NCBI GenBank assembly: GCA_040905425.1
Contig: JBBDRO010000106.1
Location: forward strand, 10,710 to 74,709
DNA from: Gemmatimonadota bacterium
GTDB taxonomy: Bacteria; Gemmatimonadota; Gemmatimonadetes; Longimicrobiales; RSA9
DNA length: 64,000 nucleotides
Direction: 5' to 3'
A model generated the notes under the pieces. That model was not told the DNA's origin and ran no database searches. It saw only the letters and a program-made list of their open reading frames with translations. Every line of letters begins with the position of its first letter. The first letter of the stretch is position 1. Position numbers and translations under genes: made by a program. Positions 37,931-47,872 of this stretch are shown here, piece by piece.

Positions 37931-39522
37931 TACCGCTTCGTGGTGACGACGATCACGCCGGCCGCCGCACGGGTGCCGTACAGGGCCCGCGCCGCGGCGC
38001 CCTTCACGATCTCCACGTCGGCGATGTCCAGCGCCTCGAGATTGGTGTCCCCGGACACGATGACGCCGTCCACGATGATCATCGGCTGTCGCTCGGTGGT
38101 GACCGGCTCACCGACGGGCGGCCGCGGACGCAGCACCGGACGATCCTCGAATCGCTCGGGCGAGGCGCCCGTGGTGATGTTGATGACGCCCGCGCTCGCG
38201 CGCGAGCCGTAGAGGGAGCGGGCGGCGTCTCCCTTGATGATCTCGACGCTGGTGATGTCCAGCGCCTCCAGGTCCACGCGGAGCGGCCGGGCCATGATGA
38301 CGCCGTCCACGATGATCATGGGTTCGGGCTCCTGGCTGGTCAGATCCTGCGCCTGGCGCAGGACCAGCTGGGCGTGCCCCAGGGTCATCGTCGTTCCCTT
38401 CCGGACGAGTGTCACGTCCGGTTGGTCGCCGAGCTCCACGGACTCCACGAGCACACGGTCCTGGCGCGTGTCGCCGGTCAGCGCGTCCGTGACGGGGCCC
38501 TCAGGCCCACGGTCTTCCCGTACACCGTCCGTCACGGCATCCCCGGTCTCCGCGATGCCGGCGTCCGTCACGGCGCTCGCCGGCTCGGGCGTGGGACCCA
38601 GATTGACGGGCGAGCGCGCCTCGCAGGCCGCCAGCAGCAGGGCGGCGGCGGCGCAGGCGGCCAGGGCGGAGCGGAGCGGGGCGGCGGTCCGGGGTGTGGT
38701 CATGGCTCGAATCCTCGTCTCGAGTGTGCTCCTCGGATGGAGCAGGGCGGGTACGGCCAGCGGCAGGTCGTCCTCGCCGGCGGTGGTGCGGATCAGCAGT
38801 TCGGCATAGGCACGGCGGTCGGCACCGCCGCGGAGGACGCGCGCGTCACAGTCCAGCTCCACAGCGGCGCGCAGGCGCCGGAGCGCCCACCAGGCGGCGG
38901 GGCTGAAGGGGAGCGCGGCCACGTAGGCCGCGCCCGCCGCCAGCAGCAGTGGGTCGCGGGCGCGGACGTGCTCCGCCTCGTGCGCCAGGGCCAGGCGGAG
39001 GGACGTCCCCCCGGTGGCAGCCAGGCGGGACGGTATGATCACGGCCGGCCGGAGCAGGCCCAGCACGGCGGGGCCGAAGCCGTCACTCAGGCGCACGCGC
39101 ATGCCCTCCATCTCCGCGGCCGGCCAGGCCCGCCCGCGCCGCACGAGCCGCAGGTAGACGCTGGCGAAGGCCACGGCCAGGAGCAGCCCCGCCGCCAGCC
39201 AGAGCGCGCCGAGGGCGGGCTCGAGCCAGAGGGACGGATGGTACGCGGGGAGGGTCGGCGGGGACGTCGCTTGCATGCCAGTGAGGGAGAGGGGCGTGCC
39301 CTCCAGCGGCATCCCCGTGGCGGTGCCGGCGCGCGGCAGGAGCGTGCCGAGGCTCGGCAGCCGGGCGGCCACGAGCGGTACGAGCACGGTGCCGAGCATG
39401 GCGGCCGCCCATGGCCAGCGGCCGGGCAGCCCGCGGGAGCGCAGGACGGCTTCCGCGGCCCACGCGGCCAGTGCCAGCAGCGTGGAGACGAGCGCCAGGT
39501 AGAGCATCCAGTCGGCGATCAT
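37930..39522 (-). CDS. BlaR1/MecR1-like M56 family membrane metalloprotease with two C-terminal TonB-receptor-Plug-like repeats
   Basis: N-terminal TM helices and 'LALAHEAEHVRARD' (HExxH in the M56 context). The C-terminus has two 51-aa repeats, 'PMIIVDGVI...LEALDI.SVEI.KG.AAR.LYG.RA.AGVI..TT'. I see no SxxK penicillin-sensor domain. Confidence 0.75.
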   Translation of the reverse strand: MIADWMLYLALVSTLLALAAWAAEAVLRSRGLPGRWPWAAAMLGTVLVPLVAARLPSLGTLLPRAGTATGMPLEGTPLSLTGMQATSPPTLPAYHPSLWLEPALGALWLAAGLLLAVAFASVYLRLVRRGRAWPAAEMEGMRVRLSDGFGPAVLGLLRPAVIIPSRLAATGGTSLRLALAHEAEHVRARDPLLLAAGAAYVAALPFSPAAWWALRRLRAAVELDCDARVLRGGADRRAYAELLIRTTAGEDDLPLAVPALLHPRSTLETRIRAMTTPRTAAPLRSALAACAAAALLLAACEARSPVNLGPTPEPASAVTDAGIAETGDAVTDGVREDRGPEGPVTDALTGDTRQDRVLVESVELGDQPDVTLVRKGTTMTLGHAQLVLRQAQDLTSQEPEPMIIVDGVIMARPLRVDLEALDITSVEIIKGDAARSLYGSRASAGVINITTGASPERFEDRPVLRPRPPVGEPVTTERQPMIIVDGVIVSGDTNLEALDIADVEIVKGAAARALYGTRAAAGVIVVTTKR

Positions 39523-39890
39523 GCCTCCCCCTCGCCGAGCTCGCGCTCGATCAGGTCACGGATGCGGCGCAGCTCCTCATCGGGCAGGCGGCGCTCCTGG
39601 ACGAGCTGCGCCACCAGCAGCGAGGCCGAGCCCTGGAAGATCTTGTCCACGATCCGGCCCACCGCCGTCTCGCCCGCGGCCTCCGACTCCACGAGCGGGT
39701 GGTAGCGGTAGGCGCGGCCCTCGCGCTCGTGGCCCACGGCGCCCTTCTGCTCGAGCGTCTGCAGGGCGGAGAGCACGGAGGTGTAGGCCAGGTCCTCCCC
39801 CAGTGCGTCGCGCACCTCGTTCACGGTGGAGGGGCCGCTGCGCCAGAGGATGGACATGACGTCGAGTTCGCGATCGGTGAAGCGGGCCAT
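39519..39890 (-). CDS. BlaI/MecI/CopY family transcriptional repressor
   Basis: 'RELDVMSILWRSGPSTVNEVRDAL..DLAYTSVLSALQTLEQKGAV.HEREGRAYRYHPLV' is the winged-helix Penicillinase_R pattern. 123 aa. It overlaps the M56 gene (ATGA). GGAGGG lies upstream. Confidence 0.85.
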   Translation of the reverse strand: MARFTDRELDVMSILWRSGPSTVNEVRDALGEDLAYTSVLSALQTLEQKGAVGHEREGRAYRYHPLVESEAAGETAVGRIVDKIFQGSASLLVAQLVQERRLPDEELRRIRDLIERELGEGEA

Positions 39891-39940
39891 GTGCGGTTTC
39901 CCTCCGGGGCGTGGGCGTCAATGTGCTACGGATGATTCAG

Positions 39941-39970
39941 TAGATAACACCGGCGTGGTGGGGTTGTCAA
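39941..39970 (-). promoter_or_regulatory. Candidate sigma70-like promoter of the blaI-blaR1-propeller operon
   Basis: On the minus strand: TTGACA (39970..39965), an 18-nt spacer, then TATCTA (39946..39941). A weak CTAC-N10-GTAG inverted repeat (39926..39943) overlaps the -10. Pattern match only. Confidence 0.3.
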
Positions 39971-40004
39971 CTGGAAGGGCAGTAGCGAGCGGCCCGGCGC
40001 GCGG

Positions 40005-42287
40005 CTACTCCAGCCCCACGCCCAGCCACGCGTTCGTGCGCACCGCGTGCGCCTCCGCCGCATCCTGCCGACCATCGGCGGCGTAGGCGTTGGCCAGGGC
40101 AAAGTGGAGCGCCCCGTACTGGAAGAGGATCGAGCGCGTAGCGGCGTCCGGCCACACGGCTGTGCGCTCCGGCAGCTCGAGCGCCGCGAAGTCCTGCATG
40201 AGGCGCTCGCTCAGGGGCACGTTGATCCACGTGCCGGTGAGGCTGCCGAGGGTGTTCGGCGGCACCGGGCGCAGCGCGGCGTCCGGGATCACCGGCCCGT
40301 CGTTCAGGCGGAAGGCCAGCCCCTCGCGCACCATGTAGGCGCGGAGATCGAAGAGCTCGGTGGAGACGGGCGGCGCCGACCAGCGCAGCGCCCGCCCGCT
40401 CGCCACCGACTGGCGGATCATGGCTACCAGGAAGGTGTCGGAGGGCGCGATCACGCTGCCGCCGGGGACCACCGTCTGGATCGCGCCGAGGCGCAGGGGC
40501 GTCGGTTCCTGCACGTAGAAGGCGCCCGCCGCCGCGCTTGCAATCTCCTCGTCCGTGAGGGGCAGGATGGAGTCACCAGGCGGGTTTGCCGCCAGCGGGT
40601 GGGTGCGCCACACCTCCGCGGCGGTGTCCGGCTCGAAGGGCCGCTGGCAGACGATCACCGAGGGGGTGGCCAGGGGGTCCACGCCGGCGGGGCAGGGGCT
40701 GGTCAGCTCGCGCACCTGGCGCGCGTACCACGGCGTGGAAAGGTAGGGGAGCACCACCACCTGCACGTCGCGCCGCACGCCCTCCACCTCCTGCACGTAC
40801 CACAGTGGAAAGGTGTCATTGTCCCCGTTCGTGACCAGCACGCCGTAGGGCGGCACGCTGTTCAGCAGGTCGTGCGCCCAGTCGCGCGCCGCCGTGTCCC
40901 CCGCGCGCGACGCCCAGCCCCAGTTCAGCGCCAGCGGCAGCAGCGCCACCGCCAGCACGGGCGCGGCCAGCCACGCCGGACGCCTGCTGCGCCGCCCGAG
41001 CGCTGCGGTCGCGCGCCGCCACGCCTCCGCCACGCCGAGGCCCGCGCACACGCCCCACAGGGAGAAGGCCGCCATGTAGAAGTAGTCCCGCTCGCGCACC
41101 TCCATGGCCTCGTTGCCGAGCGGCTGCCATTCGGGCGGCACCGGCCAGGAGAAGCCAAAGCGGAAATTCAGGTAAGCGACGAGGCCCAGAGACAGCGTCC
41201 CCATGAGCACCCCAACCAGCACCAGGCCGGCTCCGTCGCGGCGCCCGAGCGCGTGGAGCCCCAGGATGCCCAGCCCCAGGAAGAGCAGCGTGACGAGCGG
41301 CCGGAGGCCGCCGAAAAGCGTATCGTTGCCCGCCACCGAGCGGGCCCACTGCCAGTCGAAGTACTGCGCGAAGTTGCCCAGCTGCGCGGCCATGATCCCC
41401 GCGTCGCGCGGTGCGTCGTGGTCCATACGTGTGCCGGTGAGCGGCGGCGCGGGCGGATACTGTGCGCGCGTCAGCATGTGGCCCAGAGCGGGACACCCGG
41501 CATGGCCGCGCGTGGCCACGGCCATGCCAGCTTCTGTCAGCGACGCGCACGTGGCCTCGCCGGTGTTCATCACGGGGTCCAGCTCGGCCCGTAGCGGCAG
41601 CGCCAGGTAGACGCTCAGCGCCGTGGCCCCGGCCAGCGCCATGGCGCCCAGCGTGCGAGGCGCCAGCAGCGCGCGGGCGTCCACCCGCAGCACGAAGAGC
41701 AGCAGCGCCGGCGCCACGAGCGCCGCCATCAGGTGGTTGGCCACCGAGAGCACCAGCAGGTAGACGCCGAGCACCAGGAGCTTCGGGGAGCGCGTGTCGC
41801 GCCAGCGGAGCGCCAGCCAGGTGAGCAGCGCGATGGTAAGGAGCGCCACCGTGTAGACCTTCTCGTTCACGTTGCTCTGGCTCCACACCGTGAAGGCCGT
41901 GGCGCTCAGCAGCACGGCCGCCCAGGCGCCGGCGCGGCGTACGGCGCGCCGCACGGCGCGGCCACCGGAGCCCTCCGCCAGCAGGCGGTCCGCCACCAGG
42001 AACCAGCAGGCGTGGGCCATGGCGCTCGTGGTGGCCGCGAAGAGGTTCAGGCGCACACCGCCACTCATGCCGGTCCAGCCGAGTGCCACGTCCCAGGCGC
42101 GGCCCAGCAGCACGAACAGGATGCTCCCCGGCGGGTGCGGCACACCCAGGGTGTGGGCCGCCACGATGTACTCGCTGGCGTCCCAGAAGGCGGTCGTGGG
42201 CGCCAGCGTGAGCGCGTATAGAAGGAGGACGGCGGCGCCGGCCAGGGCGGCCTCGAGGTACGGTGGAGCGGGTGCGGGGCGGTCCAT
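40005..42287 (-). CDS. DUF2723 / TMEM260-like polytopic membrane glycosyltransferase-fold protein
   Basis: 'TLAPTTAFWDASEYIVAAHTLGVPHPPGSILFVLLGRAW' is the hallmark N-terminal DUF2723 motif. There are many TM segments followed by a soluble C-terminal domain. 760 aa. Confidence 0.75.
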   Translation of the reverse strand: MDRPAPAPPYLEAALAGAAVLLLYALTLAPTTAFWDASEYIVAAHTLGVPHPPGSILFVLLGRAWDVALGWTGMSGGVRLNLFAATTSAMAHACWFLVADRLLAEGSGGRAVRRAVRRAGAWAAVLLSATAFTVWSQSNVNEKVYTVALLTIALLTWLALRWRDTRSPKLLVLGVYLLVLSVANHLMAALVAPALLLFVLRVDARALLAPRTLGAMALAGATALSVYLALPLRAELDPVMNTGEATCASLTEAGMAVATRGHAGCPALGHMLTRAQYPPAPPLTGTRMDHDAPRDAGIMAAQLGNFAQYFDWQWARSVAGNDTLFGGLRPLVTLLFLGLGILGLHALGRRDGAGLVLVGVLMGTLSLGLVAYLNFRFGFSWPVPPEWQPLGNEAMEVRERDYFYMAAFSLWGVCAGLGVAEAWRRATAALGRRSRRPAWLAAPVLAVALLPLALNWGWASRAGDTAARDWAHDLLNSVPPYGVLVTNGDNDTFPLWYVQEVEGVRRDVQVVVLPYLSTPWYARQVRELTSPCPAGVDPLATPSVIVCQRPFEPDTAAEVWRTHPLAANPPGDSILPLTDEEIASAAAGAFYVQEPTPLRLGAIQTVVPGGSVIAPSDTFLVAMIRQSVASGRALRWSAPPVSTELFDLRAYMVREGLAFRLNDGPVIPDAALRPVPPNTLGSLTGTWINVPLSERLMQDFAALELPERTAVWPDAATRSILFQYGALHFALANAYAADGRQDAAEAHAVRTNAWLGVGLE

Positions 42288-42548
42288 GGACTCGTCCGGT
42301 TCGGGGGACCGGGGCGCGAGGATCGCGCGGGCACGTCACCCGCGTACCACGCTCGCGTGGGCATCCCAACCTCTACCTCCGCCGGCCGCGCCGGGTTCCC
42401 CCGCCCTGCTTGCGCGCCGACTGCGCTGCCCGGGTCTCAGCGCGCCGGCGCCAGGCTCCTCGCCCGCTCGCCCGCTCGCCGGTTGCCCACCGGCACGCGC
42501 CCTGCCTAGCTTTCCCCAGGCGTCATCATCCCTCCAGCCGGCTGCGGC

Positions 42549-43054
<506 letters not shown>

Positions 43055-43058
<4 letters not shown>

Positions 43059-45490
43059 GGCCCGAGGAACTCTCCCCGCGCCAGGCGGAGGGCGCCGCCT
43101 CCCCCGAGCAACTCGAGGCTCTCATGGCCCGGGAATTCGCCGTGGTGGGCCAGCGGGCGCGCAAGGTCGACGGCGCCGGCAAAGTCACCGGCGCTACGGC
43201 CTATACGGATGATATTTCGTTACCATCCATGCTTCACGGCAAGATTCTTCGTTCACCGCACCCTCATGCGCGAATAAAATCCATTAATACCGCAAGGGCG
43301 CAGGAATTGTCCGGCGTTCACGCGGTCGTGACCGGCCAGGATATGCCCGTGACCTACTGCGTGATCCCCTGGACCCGGGACGAGTACCCGTTGTGCGTGG
43401 ATCGTGTGCGTTATATCGGAGACGGCGTGGCGGCGGTGGCGGCGGTGGACGAGGACACAGCGCTCGCGGCGCTCGAACGGATCGAAGTGGACTATGAATT
43501 ACTCGAACCCATATTCGACCCGCACGATGCGCTGAAGGACGGAGCGCCACAGATTCACGAAGCCCGCAAAGCGGGTCGCAACGGTAATATCACAAAGTCC
43601 GTGGATCTGGAATTCGGGGCCGTGAATGACACTATGGCCGACAGTGAAGTAATCATAGACGGTACGTATTATTTCGAGGGCACCACGCATGCTCCCATAG
43701 AGCCGCACTGTGCCATCGGCCACTATGACCCCACCGGCAAGCTCACAGTATGGTCCTCCACACAGGTGCCGCACTATCTCCATCGTGAGTTGGCGCGAGT
43801 GCTGGACCTGGATGTGGGGCGGATACGCGTGATTCAGCCGGCCGTGGGCGGCGCCTTCGGCGGCAAGTCGGAGCCCTTCGACCTGGAATTCTGTGTAGCC
43901 GCACTGTCCATGCGCGCCGGCCGTCCTGTGAAGATCCTCTATACACGCGAGGAGGTCTTCTATTCGCACCGCGGCCGGCATCCGATGCACATGCACTATA
44001 GACTCGGCGCCGACCGTGAAGGGCACATCCGGGCCGTGGATGGGAATATATTGATCGATGGTGGTGGCTACGCATCATTCGGCCTCGTCACGGCTTATTA
44101 TTCGGGACAGTTGTTGACGGCGCCATATACGTTCCCAACCTACCGTTTCCGCTCGACCCGCGTCTATACCAACAAGCCCGCGTGCGGGCCCAAGCGGGGA
44201 CATGGTTCGGTGCAGCCGCGCTTTGCGTTCGAGGTTCAGCTGGACCGCCTTGCGGAGGAGCTGGGTCTGGACCCGATCGAGCTTCGGCGCCGCAACTTCG
44301 TGGGAGAGAATACGCGCACGGTGAACGAACTCCGGGTCACCTCGAACGGCTTCCTGGCCTGCCTGGACGCGGTCGAGGGGGCCAGCGAATGGAAACAGAA
44401 GTTCCGGAAATTGCCCTATGGCCGTGGTGTGGGGGTGGCGGGTTCGTGTTACATCTCGGGCACGAACTACCCGATCTACCCCAACGACATGCCGCAGGCG
44501 GCCATTCAACTCCAGGCGGAGCGCTCTGGCCGGGTGACCGTGCTGACCGGGGCCTCGGAGATCGGTCAGGGGTCCAACAGCATGGTGGCCTATATCGTGG
44601 CGGAGGAGCTGGGGGTGCCGCTCGAGTACATCCGCGTGCATGCCACCGACACCGACCTGACCCCCGTGGACCTGGGCGCGTACTCGTCCAGGGAAACGTT
44701 CATGGTTGGAAACGCATGTTTGGATGCTGCCAGAAAGTTGCGGGATGTCGTGACCGCGGCGGTTGCGGCGGTGTGGGAGACCAGCGCCTCCAGCGTGGGC
44801 CTGGCCGGGGGCTGGGCCTTCGACACGCGGGACACGGCGCGGCGCATGACCATCGCGGAGGCCTTCCAGGCGGCCGAAGCGCGCTCAGGCACGCTGGGAT
44901 CGGTGGGCTGGTACAACACGCCCAAGGACATCCACGGTAGCTACCGCGGCGGTACCATCGGAGCCTCACCGGCCTACTCGTTCACGGCCCATGTGGCGGA
45001 GGTGGAGGTGGATCCCGAGACGGGGTTCGTGAGCGTGGAGCGCATCTGGATTGCTCACGATTGCGGGCGAGCGCTGAATCCGGTCCTGGTGGAGGGGCAG
45101 ATGGAGGGCTCTGCCTACATGGGATTCGGTGAGGCGCTCATGGAGCAGCAGGTCTTCAAGAGCGCGGAGGAGGGGAAGGCGGGTTTACACGATTCGCCCT
45201 CACTGCTGGATTACCGGATTCCCACATCTCTGGACACCCCGCTCATGCGCTCCCTGATCGTGGAGAGCCTGGATCCGGAGGGGCCGTACGGGGCCAAGGA
45301 GGCCGGTGAGGGTCCCCTGCATCCGTCCATACCGGCCATCGCCAACGCCATCTTCGATGCGGTGGGCGTGCGCATGGACGCGCTGCCGTTCGCTCCACCG
45401 CGCGTCTGGCACGCGCTGCAGAACGAAGCCGCGCGGGCCAACTGGCAGCGATCGCGAGGTGGCGCACCGGCACATGTGGCGGCGGACTGA
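43055..45490 (+). CDS. Molybdenum hydroxylase large molybdopterin-binding subunit (xanthine dehydrogenase family; HcrA-like)
   Basis: 'GKVTGATAYTDDI', 'AVGGAFGGKSE' and the C-terminal 'GAKEAGEGPL' are typical of XDH/aldehyde oxidase-family Mo subunits. The ATG overlaps the small-subunit stop (ATGA). Confidence 0.9.
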
Positions 45491-45662
45491 TGGCGTGGAG
45501 CACGCGCCCGCGGGCGGCGGCAGGCCGACGCTTTCGAGGGCCGGTTCAGCCATTCCTGGGCGGGAGGACTGCGATCAAGACCATAACGGGTACTAGAAGA
45601 TATCGGCTTCAGAATTCCATGATAGACGATGATACGTCAGACACGAGCAGAGGTAGCCGCTG

Positions 45663-46676
45663 ATGCTTCGATTGCCCCGGTATCGCTACGTTCGTCCAAA
45701 CACGCTCGATGAGGCGCTCGGTGCGCTCCATGGCGAGCGCGGGACGGCCATACCGATTGCCGGGGGAACCGACCTCGTACCGAACCTGAAGCACCGACTC
45801 TTCGAGCCCGAGCGCCTGGTCTCCCTGCGCGGGGTCAAGGAGCTCCGGGGGGTCGCTTCCGGCGACGGGTACCTGTGGGTGGGGGCCATGGAGCGGTTGG
45901 CCGATGTTGCCGCTCACCCGGAGGTCCGCCACCATGCCCCGGGTCTGGCCGAGGCCGCCGGTCAGGTGGCGGGTCCTCAGCTCCGCAACATGGGGACACT
46001 GGGTGGCAACATCTGTCTTGATACCCGCTGCACGTATTATAACCAGACGTTTTTCTGGCGCCAGGCGCTTGGCTTCTGCCTGAAGAAGGATGGTGACATC
46101 TGTCACGTCACCAGGGTGGGACGCAAGTGCGTGGCGGCCCATTCGGCCGACACGCCCGGCGCCTTGATGGTGCTGGAGGCGGAGATCGAGCTGGTGGGCC
46201 CGGCGGGGGAGCGGCGCGTTCCGGCCGCTGATTTCTTCGTGGCGGACGGGATCTGGAACACCGTCCGAGCGCCGGACGAACTGGTGACCGGAGTGCGGCT
46301 TCCATTGCGGCCCCTGCGCAGGAGCACCTATCGGAAGCTGCGCCAGCGCGCGAGTATCGACTTTCCCCTGCTCAGCGTGGCCGTGGCCGCGGACATCCAG
46401 GAGGACGCCACGGTGACGCGCATCGGGATCGTGGTGTCCGCGCTGGGCGCGCGGCCGCGGGTGTTGACGGGACTGGAAGACATTGCCGTGGGAAGGTGCT
46501 TTACGGAGGAGGTCGTGCAGGCGCTGGCGGAACGGGCGGAGGCGCAGTGCCGGCCGCTCACCAACATCACTGTGGATCCCACATGGCGGCGGGCCATGGT
46601 TCCCGTGCAGGTGCGCCGTGCACTGCAGGGGCTCAGTGACCCGGACGGATCCGGGAGCCCCGGACGGGGAGCGTGA
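45663..46676 (+). CDS. Molybdenum hydroxylase FAD-binding subunit with an extra Cys-rich (putative [4Fe-4S]) insertion (HcrB-like)
   Basis: 'IAGGTDLVPNLK' is the FAD_binding_5 motif. An inserted loop 'CTYYNQTFFWRQALGFCLKKDGDICHVTRVGRKCVAAH' has Cys at residues 123, 139, 147 and 156. Confidence 0.85.
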   Translation: MLRLPRYRYVRPNTLDEALGALHGERGTAIPIAGGTDLVPNLKHRLFEPERLVSLRGVKELRGVASGDGYLWVGAMERLADVAAHPEVRHHAPGLAEAAGQVAGPQLRNMGTLGGNICLDTRCTYYNQTFFWRQALGFCLKKDGDICHVTRVGRKCVAAHSADTPGALMVLEAEIELVGPAGERRVPAADFFVADGIWNTVRAPDELVTGVRLPLRPLRRSTYRKLRQRASIDFPLLSVAVAADIQEDATVTRIGIVVSALGARPRVLTGLEDIAVGRCFTEEVVQALAERAEAQCRPLTNITVDPTWRRAMVPVQVRRALQGLSDPDGSGSPGRGA

Positions 46677-47619
46677 TCAGCGCTACGCCCGCCACGATGA
46701 CCGCTGCAGCGGCCAACGTCTGCGGCGTGAGCGGTTCGTTCGCAAAGCCCCAGCCCAGCAGTACGGCCACCAGGGGGTTCACGAAGGCGTAGGTGGAAAC
46801 CCGGGCCGCGGTGGCATTCCGAAGAAGCCAAACATATGCGGAATACGCGACGATGGCCCCGAACACCACCAGATAGAGGAGCGCCAGCGCCGAGCGTGGC
46901 GAGATGCTGCCCCACGCCACGTTGGCTGGTTCGCCCAGCAACACGGACGCAACGGCAAGGAGCAGCGCGCCCACCAACATTTGCATGCCGGTGGTCAGGA
47001 GCGGACGATCAGGCAGCCGGGCATGGCGGGCATAGATGGAGCCGGCCGCCCAGCTGACGGAGCCGATCATGAGAACGGCGGCGCCGACCGGGTTCACCGG
47101 ACCCACACCGCGCAGCGCGGAGGGGCCGACGAGAATCGCGAGACCGGCCAGCCCGAGCAGCAGACCGACCATGGTGCGGGCCGCTGGCCGTGTGCCGCCG
47201 GGCGCCAGCCAGTCGAAAAGCACCATCCACAGGGGTACCCCCGCCACCATGAGGGCGGCGATGCCGGAAGGCACCGTCTGCTCTGCCCAGACCACGGACC
47301 CGTTGCCGCCCAGCAGCAGGAGGCCACCGATGATGCCCGTGGCGCGCCACGCGGCGGGAGTCGGGCGCGGTGCGCCACGGAGGCGGGCCCAGGCGTACAG
47401 AATCAAGCCGGCGCAGGCGAACCGGACAGCGGCCATCAGAAAGGGAGGCAGCGTCTCGATGGCAATGCGGATGGCCAGATACGTGGAGCCCCAGATGAGA
47501 TAGACGGCCGCGAAGGCCGCCAGCAGACGCCAGCGCGCGGGCGGAGTTTCGGGTGTCGTGCTGGCGATGTGACGCTCCGCGATCGAGTTCGCGGCGGGGT
47601 GTCCGCCGGTATTCGTCAA
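46633..47619 (-). CDS. EamA/DMT-superfamily transporter
   Basis: About ten hydrophobic helices in two EamA-like halves ('AAFAAVYLIWGSTYLAIR', 'YAFVNPLVAVLLGW'). It has a TTG start. The 3' end overlaps the convergent FAD-subunit gene by 44 nt. Confidence 0.8.
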   Translation of the reverse strand: MTNTGGHPAANSIAERHIASTTPETPPARWRLLAAFAAVYLIWGSTYLAIRIAIETLPPFLMAAVRFACAGLILYAWARLRGAPRPTPAAWRATGIIGGLLLLGGNGSVVWAEQTVPSGIAALMVAGVPLWMVLFDWLAPGGTRPAARTMVGLLLGLAGLAILVGPSALRGVGPVNPVGAAVLMIGSVSWAAGSIYARHARLPDRPLLTTGMQMLVGALLLAVASVLLGEPANVAWGSISPRSALALLYLVVFGAIVAYSAYVWLLRNATAARVSTYAFVNPLVAVLLGWGFANEPLTPQTLAAAAVIVAGVALITLPVRGSRIRPGH

Positions 47620-47872
47620 TGATCGGCGCTCCAGGAAAGCACGGCAAGGCGATCGGCAGGACGGCTTCGGCGCCTTGGTACGCTGAAATCGTAACCCGAC
47701 GCATTGGTAGAAGCCGCGAGGGTCCCGGCAAGGCAGGAAAGATCAGGCCTGGGTCGGGCGAGATCACCGCAGCGGCGGAAAGGACCGCAACCAATTGATA
47801 ACGTCGTTCGTCTTGCTGTATTGCCGAAGGTCATGCGGCTTTCGCGGCAGGATAACTGACGGATATTCGCGG

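Noticed and set aside
42440-42482. Short tandem GCCCGCTC repeats (about 2.5 copies) and a CCACGC-tc-GCGTGG palindrome upstream of the Mo-hydroxylase operon
   Set aside because: These are too short and low-complexity to distinguish from chance in GC-rich intergenic DNA. I noted them only as possible sites if a regulator is identified.
47620-47872. 253-bp moderately AT-richer leader upstream of the EamA transporter, considered as a possible riboswitch
   Set aside because: I could not recognise any known riboswitch core, conserved junction or convincing terminator/antiterminator pair by eye. It would need an Infernal/Rfam scan.
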